Shown here: one piece after another, positions 35,401-44,463 of the stretch
Numbering within the stretch: position 1 is the stretch's first letter
Layout: each line of letters begins with the position of its first letter
Source of the DNA: a virus
Taxonomy: Duplodnaviria > Caudoviricetes
DNA: 53,852 bases
Virus record (IMG/VR): IMGVR_UViG_3300009428_000011
Coordinates: 1-53,852 of that record
Direction: 5' to 3' (one strand)
Position numbers and translations under genes: made by a program
Notes under the pieces: model-generated
The model's database searches: none
Told to the model about the DNA's origin: nothing
What the model saw: the letters and a program-made list of their open reading frames with translations, nothing else

Positions 35401-36499
35401 CGTCTGTAGTCGCTTTGGTGTAGTAGGTATTTGCAATGTCGCCACTTAACGCGGTTCCATTTTCCTCTATCATTACCTGTATGGTTTCTGCTGCAGCTGC
35501 TATGGCTTCATTTGCTTCTGTCTTTGTTAAAAACTCGGCTTCTATGCGAGCATTAACATTACCAAGCTTAGATTCAAACTCGTACAGCTTAACCGCATTC
35601 GCCTCCCAATTTAGATCGCCAACAAGCGCGCTTTCAATTAACTGTCTAGCTAATGAGTCCGTATCAAAGTCGAGTGCTTCAACTCTGTCTATCGCGTCCT
35701 CGGCATCTTGTTTTGCCTGCTCCGTAATAGTATCTAGGCTTTCTATGCGCTCTTGTATGCTGGGAATATCAATTAAATGCTGGTCAACATCGGCGCGTAA
35801 CTCGTCTATATCTAAATCAAAGTTATCTATTTCGACTTTTAATGCTGGTATTTCATTAAAAGCAACATCTTCAATTAAGTATTCCAGCCCCGGTATTTTA
35901 TCGACTGCCGTTGATAGAAAATCACTCAAATGCGATTTCTCTATAAGCCCGCCAATTTCACCAAGTATAAGTTCAGCTGACTTTTGCGTCTTTGCAAAAA
36001 CACCGGCTGCGCCCTGAGTTGGTCCTTTTACATCGGCAATATTTACAAAGCGAACCCAATAGTAATATTCAGCTCCCATATTTACAGTATCGCTAAATAC
36101 GTCCGCAACTTCTGTCGCTATTAGCGTGGCACTGTTAAATGAGTCTGTTTCGCTGCGCCATATTTCAGCGTAAGCATGGCCTCTATAGGTGGGGTGATCC
36201 CAGCTAACGGCTATAAATGTAAAGCCACCTGTGGCCGATAGGTTGACAGGCGCGTGCGGTCTTTCCACGCCACCTGTTGTAATTGGCAGTCCGCCATCAT
36301 TGGTGCCGCCACTCGCATTATTAATAAGTGCCTGGCGCTTCATATCATCAAGATCAACAAGGTCGCTCATTAATAAAGCTCTGTTATTACCTCGCTGGCC
36401 TGTTAGCAGCTCTATATTTTCAGTAATAGCGCTACTAGTGGGATCTTGCCGGCCTTTTCTTACTATGCCAGGGAATGTGCCTTTTTTTAATTTTGCCAT
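32486..36499 (-). CDS. tail tip/fibre protein (FN3-like N-domain, repeated coiled-coil stalk, DUF1983-like domain, C-terminal receptor-binding region)
   Basis: 1337 aa; YAEIWRSETD..YYYWVRFVN; six IEDPxGxSxG repeats; PVFAVSDGKTVINTAIIDEAFI; 20-aa repeats. Confidence 0.8.
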   Translation of the reverse strand: MAKLKKGTFPGIVRKGRQDPTSSAITENIELLTGQRGNNRALLMSDLVDLDDMKRQALINNASGGTNDGGLPITTGGVERPHAPVNLSATGGFTFIAVSWDHPTYRGHAYAEIWRSETDSFNSATLIATEVADVFSDTVNMGAEYYYWVRFVNIADVKGPTQGAAGVFAKTQKSAELILGEIGGLIEKSHLSDFLSTAVDKIPGLEYLIEDVAFNEIPALKVEIDNFDLDIDELRADVDQHLIDIPSIQERIESLDTITEQAKQDAEDAIDRVEALDFDTDSLARQLIESALVGDLNWEANAVKLYEFESKLGNVNARIEAEFLTKTEANEAIAAAAETIQVMIEENGTALSGDIANTYYTKATTDEAIAAATQTLRSLIENPEGDSVGATLFNDYYTSTATDNAIAAYGLQLKSEIEDPDGESLGSLIKQDYSTTVETNSAISQATTQLKSTIDEEVSATLTQDYYTKTETNEAITSSAQLLKAEIEDPMGNSIGATLFHEYSTKASVEEAVSRAIFQLSSEVELANEPLAQAVIENALANDQQADQQRIVTASILRTQEATTSQTEALAQSITVIETNFLESESKLTQLSAAFSDATSSTASDILQLNTKVDENKAFLEVNYLTKVDTESAISQATNAMQSAIEGATSDIYENFLTSVETEQAISQATTILKSEIEDPQGNSLGATLFNEYETKADAEQSSASTNQQLRAEYETSAIAAIENALANDLEQERRTIAEADIIQRQNVFANEQSAFAESLTVLNAAMGENRATLYELQSTFASSTEATAEIIEKLDSDIDNVSADLLNNYLTSAKVGEAIASADTALRATIEDPEGNSIGANLQLNYYTKSDTNSAISSATNVLRSLIEDPEGDSIGALIISNYTTKTEADQAIATASETLLSEVNNVRSSLQIVSETVATNQGEYSALWGVKSTVNGLTTSLGLVNDGVEPIFAVKGAKLAVITDQDPTNLTPVFAVSDGKTVINTAIIDEAFIKSLVTDDLLANRLLVGSTLTTPSINYNPVSGARSSNFSIDPGGNMLAKSATLESVTIKDNNGNVVMSSTGAIPSSKVTGLGNLASKDSLGYNELSGRPNLGTFAFLSSLGYSDLSGRPTLGSLASKNSLSYNEVTGKPSLGSLAYLNSLAYNSITGKPSLGPFAGLSKILSSNVTTYIANGAIGSAQIDTAYINSLFGQNASFYGTVYAQNLEGDVYDVLIKEGISLSINSSGDTIVSFSISPEPFARKVEITGIKCSGYAAYEGGPIYGTVDFYRSGSSSIVSRKKASAGEEFSNFIHDIPANTSRTYTAKLNQSTSYRDGFPTVGGDIRCSVFKKASSIS

Positions 36500-38109
36500 T
36501 AAGCCGCAACCTCTCTCATGGTTGTTGCAATAGAAACGCTGTGTATTGTGCCTTTGCCATAAACCTCAAATGACCACTTATCACCGCGATTAGGTGGCAA
36601 TCTAAATGCCATGCTGGGTATTTGCCCTGGCGCTAAATGCAATATCTCTACTTCATCGGCGTAAATGCGAACCCCTGAAAGCTCTGTATCGACTCCTTTT
36701 ACCATTGCACATGCAAAGCTTAGGTCGCTCGCTGAAAAGTCCTTAGACTTCCATTCATAGCTTGTAAGCTCGTTAGACTCACCCCATTTGCTCAAGTCCG
36801 CGCCTTGGCAAATATACAGAGTGTCATCAACAAGGCTGTTAAATCCGCAATCAGCTTTGGCCGTAAAGTGTCTAAAATCACCGGTATTCGGATCAAAAAT
36901 AAACGCCTTGTCTAAGTTGGCGCCATAAAAAGCTAAATAACGGCCCTCTTGGTGGTACGCCTCTATTGTTTCTGGTTCGTATTCTTGCCACTGCTCACGC
37001 GTTATTATCTGGTTAGTTAGCATGGTTAACCCGCCACTAGTTAAACCTATCAAACCGTCAGGGCTTGCATATATGAGCGTGCCGTTTACGATTACCGCTG
37101 AGCGTGCGCTTGTGCATGATTGATTAGACTCTAGCTTTTGGCCGGCCATTGCGTCAGGACTAATGCCGCTGAATAAGTAAGGGTAGCCTTTTGTTAAAAC
37201 CGCTAGCGTATTGCCTAGTGCTGCAACGGTTACTATTTCGTGTTCAGTCGTTAACTGATAAGCGCTAGGCCAAGCGTAAGGAAGGTATGACTCACTAAAG
37301 CAAACAGTGCTATCAAAAAAGCCGGCCAAAATACCGTTTGCCATCGACGTTAAACCGATCATGTTTTCGTTCGGCATTTCATAGTCGTAAGTATCAAGCG
37401 ATGATCCTAGCTCGTCTGTTGGAATATCATCAACAAATTGGTTTTGTGATATTGGTATCTCTGCCACAAATAAATAATCTGCTATGCCTCCGCTGGTTGC
37501 CGTTCTGTATATTCTGCGATGCGTAATGTTTGACGCATTTACATTTGGCGGCGATAAAGCAAGCGTTACGTATGTGCCTTCTTCATCCGGGTATCTAATA
37601 TCAATACGTTGTGACGCTTCGCCCGGCGGCCCTTCTTCACCCTGCTCTGTGACAAACGTGTGCGTGTAGTAGCGTGTTTCATCATCGTTAGGATCTATTT
37701 CATCGGTAGCCGCATCGGTAACAATGGCGATTATCGGTACTTCTGGCGATTGAACGCCAAGTCGATAAGCACTAGCCGGCATATTAGAACCGCTAAAAAT
37801 AGCGTTGTTAGTTACTTTTGGGTAGCCATCACCCGTAAAGTAAACGCGTTGCCAAGGGTCGTTTGCAATTGGGCTCGCTACGGCATTAACTGCTTTATTC
37901 CATGAAAACCAATACTGGTCTAAGTAATGGTAAATTGTTTTTGCGTTCGAGATCACCGATACGTCTGTCAACTCAGGAAGTCTTAAAGGCGATAGGTTGC
38001 CATTATCAAAATGACAACCATAAGCTTTAGATGCTGATTCATTGGGAAGTAATCGCGGATCGATTTTAGGCCGTTCACCGGCAAAAGTTTTAACGGATAT
38101 TGCAGGCAT
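36499..38109 (-). CDS. tail tube/stabilisation protein (tubular protein B-like)
   Basis: 536 aa; F.GERPKIDPRLLP, FSESYLPYAWP and YASPDGL motifs; position in the podophage tail cluster. Confidence 0.7.
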   Translation of the reverse strand: MPAISVKTFAGERPKIDPRLLPNESASKAYGCHFDNGNLSPLRLPELTDVSVISNAKTIYHYLDQYWFSWNKAVNAVASPIANDPWQRVYFTGDGYPKVTNNAIFSGSNMPASAYRLGVQSPEVPIIAIVTDAATDEIDPNDDETRYYTHTFVTEQGEEGPPGEASQRIDIRYPDEEGTYVTLALSPPNVNASNITHRRIYRTATSGGIADYLFVAEIPISQNQFVDDIPTDELGSSLDTYDYEMPNENMIGLTSMANGILAGFFDSTVCFSESYLPYAWPSAYQLTTEHEIVTVAALGNTLAVLTKGYPYLFSGISPDAMAGQKLESNQSCTSARSAVIVNGTLIYASPDGLIGLTSGGLTMLTNQIITREQWQEYEPETIEAYHQEGRYLAFYGANLDKAFIFDPNTGDFRHFTAKADCGFNSLVDDTLYICQGADLSKWGESNELTSYEWKSKDFSASDLSFACAMVKGVDTELSGVRIYADEVEILHLAPGQIPSMAFRLPPNRGDKWSFEVYGKGTIHSVSIATTMREVAA

Positions 38110-38151
38110 AGGATTCGCTTATTTTGTATGGTTTTGTGAAGGTTTAACTAA

Positions 38152-38562
38152 CTATTCAATCGGTAGGCTCATAGCGTAGCATCGCTGCGGGGTGAAGCGT
38201 CCTACAAAATCTAGGTTTACATAGTCTAGGCAGTAAGCAACAAGCTCAGAGCAAAACCACTTGTGCGGATCATTCCAAGCACTAAAGTAATGACCAATAG
38301 CACCGCCAAAATCATATTTTTGACCTAAAAGCGCATTAGCATCTGTAGAGTTTCCATTCATCACGCGTATTTCGTGATCAGGGTAGTCGAGCTTGAATTT
38401 TTTAAGCGGCTCCTTAATAACGCCCTTAAATGCTTTTGCATGTATAACGTAGTCAATGCCCTGCTCTTTCACAATGACACCGCAATGATGCCACTGTGAC
38501 CATGTAACTAACTTAATCAACAGGCTAAACGGCATGTTGTTAGTGCAAAAAATCACTCGCAT
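38152..38562 (-). CDS. permuted papain-like NlpC/P60 amidase (YiiX/YebB-like)
   Basis: His before Cys: WHHCGV..HA..GV..LGQKYD..WFCSELVA. Confidence 0.8.
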   Translation of the reverse strand: MRVIFCTNNMPFSLLIKLVTWSQWHHCGVIVKEQGIDYVIHAKAFKGVIKEPLKKFKLDYPDHEIRVMNGNSTDANALLGQKYDFGGAIGHYFSAWNDPHKWFCSELVAYCLDYVNLDFVGRFTPQRCYAMSLPIE

Positions 38563-38563
38563 G

Positions 38564-39274
38564 TTAAGCGCTCCAATCTAGGTTGCTAACAAAATCACTT
38601 ATTTCCTGCACGCTGGTTAGTGCTTCTAAGGCATCTTTAAACTCACGCGCCTTGTATACCAAAAACTTTTTTCGGTTAGCGATGGTAAGTCCAAGCGATT
38701 TCATATCAGAAATGGTCATGTCAACTTGATAATTACCTGTAGTTAGCCAAACGGTGTCCGTATCGGTAACAATCGCACCCATAATATCACTAATTGATTG
38801 GGTATCCGTTTGGAACGTGTGGCCGTTATATTCAATGCCACTTCCATGAATCCGATCTCGTTCGGTGTTTATGAATGTTTTAGCGTTGTCTTTTTTACTA
38901 GAAAGTAGCCCTGTTCTCTGGCTCTGATCTAAAAGGCCCGACACTGACCAGTTTAAATCACTCACACTTGGCGTTGTCTCAGTGGTTACCCAATAGCTTT
39001 TAGGGATTACTTCTTGAGAACAAAAATCTTCATCTACAATGGCTTTGACAAAGCAGCCATCTAAAGGCTCTGTTTCGGGATACTCACCACCACTACCATC
39101 ATCAATCATTTTCCCTGTCGCTTTTAAAGATTTTTCTCTGATTAGTAGCTCATAAGGATACGATTTATTATTGTGCTCAAAGTCGCCGCGAGTGATTAGC
39201 TCGTTATCTACACTTGGGAAAATATTATTAACTTCACTTATACTTTGAAATTTTAGTGTTAAAACAACTTTCAT
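38564..39274 (-). CDS. tail fibre assembly-like protein (DUF4376-like C-domain)
   Basis: INTERDRI..GIEYNGHTFQTD..S..WLT..N..V.MT..D motif; ATGA overlap with the fibre gene. Confidence 0.7.
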   Translation of the reverse strand: MKVVLTLKFQSISEVNNIFPSVDNELITRGDFEHNNKSYPYELLIREKSLKATGKMIDDGSGGEYPETEPLDGCFVKAIVDEDFCSQEVIPKSYWVTTETTPSVSDLNWSVSGLLDQSQRTGLLSSKKDNAKTFINTERDRIHGSGIEYNGHTFQTDTQSISDIMGAIVTDTDTVWLTTGNYQVDMTISDMKSLGLTIANRKKFLVYKAREFKDALEALTSVQEISDFVSNLDWSA

Positions 39275-41064
39275 TTTGGTGCTCCCCATGATGCAATTTC
39301 ACTTTCACTTGCTGCGTAGTTTAAGACTTTCAGGTTCTTTAAATATCCATCACGGTTAATAAGGCCTGATCTTGTCGCAGACAAGTAGACAAAGCCGTTG
39401 GTAGTAAATGCAAGCCCATCGCCTTCATAATCTCGATCTATTATCTTTTCTCCATTGTGGAAAGTCTTTATATTCCCACCCTCTGATGTGGGGGTGTAAA
39501 CAATAACTAGGCGATTCATTCCTGTCTCTGTGTTTTCATTAAAATCAAACGCTTCCCACGCGCCTAGTGAGTGTCTAAGTCGCGCAGTCCCAGCGCTATT
39601 ACCTTCTAAGCCAAGGTAAGTAGTCGGATTTCCTAGCGTAAAAAAGCTCCCGTATTTTTCGTCACCTCGATCCATGTGCATATCAACGTCTATAGCAAAT
39701 GTAAATGCCCCTCCATCCGTAGGAACGTTACCAGCAATTGGTATTGATATCCTAGATTCTGGTGTGGTTACAGCGCTTCCAGCCGTGAAAACAAGAGGCC
39801 TCAAATATCTAGTTTTGGTTATTTGGGCGCCTACTATAAATACCGAGCTTGTGCCATCCCCCATGTAAGATGAATCACTGTCTATCGTTAACTGAAATCT
39901 AAAGTCTATGTTTCCTGTAGCTGCCGCCTTTATTGAAAAGCTTATTCTGTACCAGCCATCAGAATACCTTTCAAGATCAACCATGCTGCCACTTTTAATG
40001 GTTAAAACACCCTCATCGCTAACGTTAAACCTAGCAGTTTCGTTTGTGCCGACGGATCTTAGCATCACCCCCCTAGATCCTGGGCCACTACCCGCCTTTA
40101 CAAAGGCTGAGATATTATAGTAATCACCCTCCACTGCAGATAAAGTCACAAGTTTAACAAAGTGCTCATTCAGCTCATCATCTTCGACAATCTCGGTGCA
40201 AGTATTCCCTATGGGTGTGTATATCTCAGCCTCTGAAGTCGTTAGCCCTATGGTTGAAAGTAGGTGCATCTGGGTGTTGTTTGTCTGATAGTTGGTGTAC
40301 TCGGCATTCAAATACAAGCCCTTTTCGGTTATTGCTGGCTCACCAGGGCTAAGTTCTTCAAAAATACCGGCCTTGTTGAAATTCCACCGCACGCCTAACG
40401 CGGTGTAACCTGCAGACTTTGTAGGTAAATCCACAACCAAACTACCATCTTGAGCGGCGCTAATGTCTAGCTTGTCATGAACACCATAGCCATGCTCAAT
40501 GCGAATGCCATCGTTAAATGGGATGCTAAGCATTGGAGTTTCTGATGGTTTAATGTCGCTTGCTATGTTTAAAGCGCTATCAATTGCGGTTTGAATGTTT
40601 TCTGCCGCGTCATTCGCTCTGCTTTCAGCCAAGTTAGAAGCTCTATCGATCTCGGTTATTGTTCTTGTTTCTCTGCTGACACCGTGACTATCAGTAAGCG
40701 TTGCTGTTTCATCTTCTGAGGTTAGCCAGTTGCGCAACTCATCTAAAAACAATTGCTTTTGGTTAAATTGTACGGCTATTTGGCCGGCAATACGTGTAAG
40801 TATGGTTCCCGAAGTATTTCTTAGGATTGCATATTCAACATCGTTTGCTGTTGCGCCTTCAAAGCCACGATCAAGGGTAATGCTTGTATCGCTGTTTACC
40901 GCTATGACTTCATACCAGGTCTTTGCGTCAATGGTGAACGCATCACCAATGGCTATTGCAATCACATCGTTTTGCCAATTACTGCCAACACCTACAATAG
41001 CTGCGCTACCATTTGTTACATTTACTGTTCCTACGCGATACCACGCGCCTGCGCTTGCTGTCAT
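39271..41064 (-). CDS. tail fibre/spike protein with lectin-like (LamG/CBM) C-terminal domains
   Basis: WYRVGTVNVTNGS..VG.G..W fibre N-terminus; GWYRIS and GAQI..Y.RP...T.GSAVT motifs. Confidence 0.8.
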   Translation of the reverse strand: MTASAGAWYRVGTVNVTNGSAAIVGVGSNWQNDVIAIAIGDAFTIDAKTWYEVIAVNSDTSITLDRGFEGATANDVEYAILRNTSGTILTRIAGQIAVQFNQKQLFLDELRNWLTSEDETATLTDSHGVSRETRTITEIDRASNLAESRANDAAENIQTAIDSALNIASDIKPSETPMLSIPFNDGIRIEHGYGVHDKLDISAAQDGSLVVDLPTKSAGYTALGVRWNFNKAGIFEELSPGEPAITEKGLYLNAEYTNYQTNNTQMHLLSTIGLTTSEAEIYTPIGNTCTEIVEDDELNEHFVKLVTLSAVEGDYYNISAFVKAGSGPGSRGVMLRSVGTNETARFNVSDEGVLTIKSGSMVDLERYSDGWYRISFSIKAAATGNIDFRFQLTIDSDSSYMGDGTSSVFIVGAQITKTRYLRPLVFTAGSAVTTPESRISIPIAGNVPTDGGAFTFAIDVDMHMDRGDEKYGSFFTLGNPTTYLGLEGNSAGTARLRHSLGAWEAFDFNENTETGMNRLVIVYTPTSEGGNIKTFHNGEKIIDRDYEGDGLAFTTNGFVYLSATRSGLINRDGYLKNLKVLNYAASESEIASWGAPK

Positions 41065-41065
41065 G

Positions 41066-41719
41066 TTACTGCCCCTTCTCTTGCGCCATCATTGCAACGT
41101 CTGCTTGGCTTTTCTCGCCTAGCTGACTTTTAAATGCGTTCATGTGCATTTGGCTCTTATTCGGATTGGCCGCATATTCAGCATCTTTCATGTATGAGCG
41201 GTATAAAATCCATTCAATGATCGCGTTAACGTATATATCATCAAGCGCAATAACTTCGCCCGACTCGTTATCTGTTAAGCTGATAGCTGGCGGAGCTTTA
41301 GAATAAACCAGCGTTAGCTTTACGTTTTCTATAACGCCAGGGTAAACATAAAACGTCTTAGGGTTGCGCTCGTCATAGATATAAAGCTCAACTTCGCTTG
41401 CTTCTTTACCCGCATACCATGTGTCATAGTTATCATCGAGCACTTGTCGGTTATATGGACCGCGAATGGCTTTGCCGCTTTCGTTACGTGTTACATCAAT
41501 AAGTTTCAATGCGTCAACCGGCAAGAACTGCTTAGTGCCTTCTACACACGCAAAGTCATCGGTATCTACAGTGAAAGAGTCAGGACGGCGCAATACAATT
41601 GCACGCTGCGCGTCATTTAGATAATTAAGCAATTCTTCTTTGGTCCAACGTGTAAAGTTAGGATCGTTAAGGAGCTTATTAACCCGCATTAAAATTTCAT
41701 TTGAGGAAACAATAGCCAT
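41066..41719 (-). CDS. head-tail adaptor/tail tubular protein A-like
   Basis: RWTKEELLNYLNDAQ..RPD; WILYRSYMKDAEYAAN. Confidence 0.7.
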   Translation of the reverse strand: MAIVSSNEILMRVNKLLNDPNFTRWTKEELLNYLNDAQRAIVLRRPDSFTVDTDDFACVEGTKQFLPVDALKLIDVTRNESGKAIRGPYNRQVLDDNYDTWYAGKEASEVELYIYDERNPKTFYVYPGVIENVKLTLVYSKAPPAISLTDNESGEVIALDDIYVNAIIEWILYRSYMKDAEYAANPNKSQMHMNAFKSQLGEKSQADVAMMAQEKGQ

Positions 41720-42279
41720 TAGTAAAACACTCTTTGTTGTGTAGGTCTTTGCTCGTCTAGTGCCTCGATAGCAACTTGAAAAGCATCGCGGTAGCCATCG
41801 GTAAAACGGCGTTTAAAGTAATCAGACTTTGCAAGATCAGTCCATGCAGTATTAGGCATCATCAACAACGTTGACGCGGCACCATCTGCAATAGCATCTG
41901 CCCACCGATTAACAATGGTATTATCCGCATCAAAGTCATTAGGTAGCATGAATTGCGGGGCAATGTGGTAAAACACACGCACTTTAGGTGTCGTGTTGAT
42001 CACGGTTACTGTGCCATTTGACGATACCAAGTAGTCATCTGAGCTTTTAAGCTCGCTACCATTGGCATCTAAAACAAAATCAACACTGACAAATACGTGA
42101 TTATCATCAATGTTAAGTTCCCCGCTTTGCCCTTTCTCAATTTCTTGAGTGCGAGCTAAAAAACGAGACTCATAACAAAACTTTTGATAGGCGCGACCTA
42201 GCTGGTCTTTCGCCATTTGGTCAAGAACGCCCCCGCAGCGTTCGCGAACTAACGGGATCAAGCTAGATAATAGCGCCAT
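41719..42279 (-). CDS. putative head-tail connector protein
   Basis: 186 aa in the structural cluster; AIADGAA..LLMMPN..W motif. Confidence 0.6.
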   Translation of the reverse strand: MALLSSLIPLVRERCGGVLDQMAKDQLGRAYQKFCYESRFLARTQEIEKGQSGELNIDDNHVFVSVDFVLDANGSELKSSDDYLVSSNGTVTVINTTPKVRVFYHIAPQFMLPNDFDADNTIVNRWADAIADGAASTLLMMPNTAWTDLAKSDYFKRRFTDGYRDAFQVAIEALDEQRPTQQRVFY

Positions 42280-42281
42280 GA

Positions 42282-42737
42282 TTATTCGCCCTGGTCTGTA
42301 TCTTCGTCAGCAACAGAAGCGCGGAACGCATCACGTACTTTTTTACAGTATGCTGGTACTGGCTTTTTAGCACCTTCAATAGTTAAGTCGTGCGCTTCAA
42401 CGAATGTACTAAGTTGATTTGAGCTGTACTTGCCTAAGTCAATTTCTTCGCCATCAACGGTGATTAACATACTTGCATCAAGCGCTTCTTGCTTTTCAGC
42501 TTCTTCGCGTGCAATGCGTTCTTTTTCGGCCTGTACTTCTAAGAACTTTTGGCGCTCGACAAAGGCTTTAGCATATTTTTCAGCAACCCAAACTTGGTTA
42601 AAGTCTAAGAATCGTTGAACAAGCTCAGACGGTACAGCCGTTGGCTCGCCTTGCTTGAAAATAGTACGGGTATTACATACGGTGTCTTTTTTAAAAGGCT
42701 TCTTACCGATATAAACGATATTTGTTGTATTGCTCAT
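42282..42737 (-). CDS. hypothetical virion-associated protein
   Basis: 151 aa; IVYIGKKPFKKDTV; downstream of the capsid genes. Confidence 0.7.
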   Translation of the reverse strand: MSNTTNIVYIGKKPFKKDTVCNTRTIFKQGEPTAVPSELVQRFLDFNQVWVAEKYAKAFVERQKFLEVQAEKERIAREEAEKQEALDASMLITVDGEEIDLGKYSSNQLSTFVEAHDLTIEGAKKPVPAYCKKVRDAFRASVADEDTDQGE

Positions 42738-42751
42738 GGATATTCCCCAAT

Positions 42752-42776
42752 AAAAAGCCCCGCAATTAGCGAGGCT
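42752..42776 (-). terminator. intrinsic terminator after the capsid/decoration genes
   Basis: Minus strand AAGCCTCGC-TAATT-GCGGGGCTTTT. Confidence 0.7.
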
Positions 42777-42801
42777 TGATTTAAACGTGTACCGAAAAGG
42801 C

Positions 42802-43194
42802 TTAGTAACCTTTGTAGCGGTACTCTAATTGAAGTACAGCTTCTCCGGTTGCCGCAGAAGAACCCGTATTTTTAACAACTAAGTCGCTTGGACCTTCATC
42901 ACCAATATAAACAGGCTTGATAAATTCGCCTGCATTACCAGCGCTAGCAGTATTAAAAGCGGCTAAGTCCTTTTCACCACCTGAATGATCAGCAACCTGA
43001 ACTGTTAGCTCAGTGCCAGTACCTAGCGCATCATTAATAATACGAACGGCAGTGATTTGCGTGCCAATAGGCAAACTTTCTGAGGCGATAGCTGTAGCAT
43101 CAACTGCTAGAGCAGCAAGTGAAATCGTTGCTACGTGTAGCGATAGGTTACCAGCGGCACCTTTATAAAATGTTTCTTTCATAATTTTATCCAA
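42802..43194 (-). CDS. putative capsid decoration/cement protein
   Basis: ~130-aa beta-rich protein immediately after the MCP. Confidence 0.6.
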   Translation of the reverse strand: MDKIMKETFYKGAAGNLSLHVATISLAALAVDATAIASESLPIGTQITAVRIINDALGTGTELTVQVADHSGGEKDLAAFNTASAGNAGEFIKPVYIGDEGPSDLVVKNTGSSAATGEAVLQLEYRYKGY

Positions 43195-43239
43195 TTACTA
43201 AAAATTAAAGTGAAAGCCGGATTGCTCCGGCATAAAGGC

Positions 43240-44454
43240 TTACTGTAGAGATACAGCCGTATCAATTACCATCGTGCCGTAATCGTTTACGCGACCTGTT
43301 TTGTCAGAGAAGCGTACTTTCTTACAACCATTCATCCATACGATAGCTGTTTCGTTCGCGTTGCCGTGGTCGGTTTTCTCTGTAGTCATAGAGAAGTGCG
43401 AGCCTGAATCAGACTTACCGTAAGCATTCGCAAGCGCTTGACCACCAAGTAAGATAGCGCGGTCAATGGTTGTGCCGGCTGTTACTTGCTTGGTTGTTGC
43501 TTGCTTATCGTTGTTAGATACTGTTACCGTATCGCCCGCGTAGAAACGTACTGGCTTGCGGTATTGGCGCACAAGAATGTTACGCCACATGATCACATCA
43601 CCTTTGAATACAGGATGATTGAAACCTTGGCCGCGTTTCATGGCGCGAGATTGAAGCTCTTGTAACTTTTTATCAGTCGCAGAAGCATAAAGGTCACGCC
43701 ATTGGCGAGGACTAACGAATAACAAGAAGAACGGCGACTCGTTAGCCATTTGGTCAGCTTCAAAGCTAATGTGCTTCATTGGATTAGCTTGCTCTTCCAA
43801 GATAAGCGCTAAGTCGTCCAGCTTTTCAAGCGTCATAATATCCGCAGCATCAATTGCTTCAAAGCTTGTCGCATCACCGCCAAACTGGTGACGGTCATAC
43901 GTTGGTGCCATCACATCGTTAACCATGATTTCTTTAAATTCTTCATGATCTTCAAGTGGAATGATGATGTCATCAGGAGCAAATGAGCCGCGCGCACCGG
44001 CCAGGTGATACATAGCAACTTCATCTTTAAGATCGTTGTAGTAGTTACCTAGCAACGTTTTAGCTGTGCTAAGCAAGTTGTGCTTAGTACGCTTTTGCGA
44101 CATTTTACCGCCGCTATCAACCATCTTACGGCCATGGTCAATACGCAATTCAAATACTGTTTTGCTCAAGCTTTCGCCACGGCCTTCCAGTTTTTTATCG
44201 CCCATTGTTGGTAAACCGCTTAGGTTGTGGAATAAATCCATTTCAACCGAATCACCGGCTTGGCTTTGCAAGTCGTTGATCATAACCACTGGCGCGCCCT
44301 TTTCAGTTTGCTTTTTGCCGTGGGCCATATCAGCTTTAGCCGCTTTTGGGGCAGAACCGGTTAACATGTTCACGAACGTATTTTGACGGCGTGTATGTGT
44401 AAACAGGGCAGCGCCAAACGCTTTAGCCGCTTGTGCTTTTGTAATTGTGCTCAT
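43240..44454 (-). CDS. major capsid protein (DUF4043/N4-gp56-like family)
   Basis: 404 aa; PVVMINDLQSQAGDSV..DL..L.G.PTMGD..LEGRGE; HLAGARG; RAILLGGQALA.AYG; strong codon bias. Confidence 0.9.
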   Translation of the reverse strand: MSTITKAQAAKAFGAALFTHTRRQNTFVNMLTGSAPKAAKADMAHGKKQTEKGAPVVMINDLQSQAGDSVEMDLFHNLSGLPTMGDKKLEGRGESLSKTVFELRIDHGRKMVDSGGKMSQKRTKHNLLSTAKTLLGNYYNDLKDEVAMYHLAGARGSFAPDDIIIPLEDHEEFKEIMVNDVMAPTYDRHQFGGDATSFEAIDAADIMTLEKLDDLALILEEQANPMKHISFEADQMANESPFFLLFVSPRQWRDLYASATDKKLQELQSRAMKRGQGFNHPVFKGDVIMWRNILVRQYRKPVRFYAGDTVTVSNNDKQATTKQVTAGTTIDRAILLGGQALANAYGKSDSGSHFSMTTEKTDHGNANETAIVWMNGCKKVRFSDKTGRVNDYGTMVIDTAVSLQ

Positions 44455-44463
44455 TTTAATTTC

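Noticed and set aside
34074-36533. + strand ORFs up to 193 aa opposite the tail-tip gene
   Set aside because: Antisense shadow ORFs.
32486-41064. Possible diversity-generating retroelement or invertible tail-fibre cassette
   Set aside because: No reverse transcriptase, invertase, template/variable repeat pair or flanking inverted repeats were seen.
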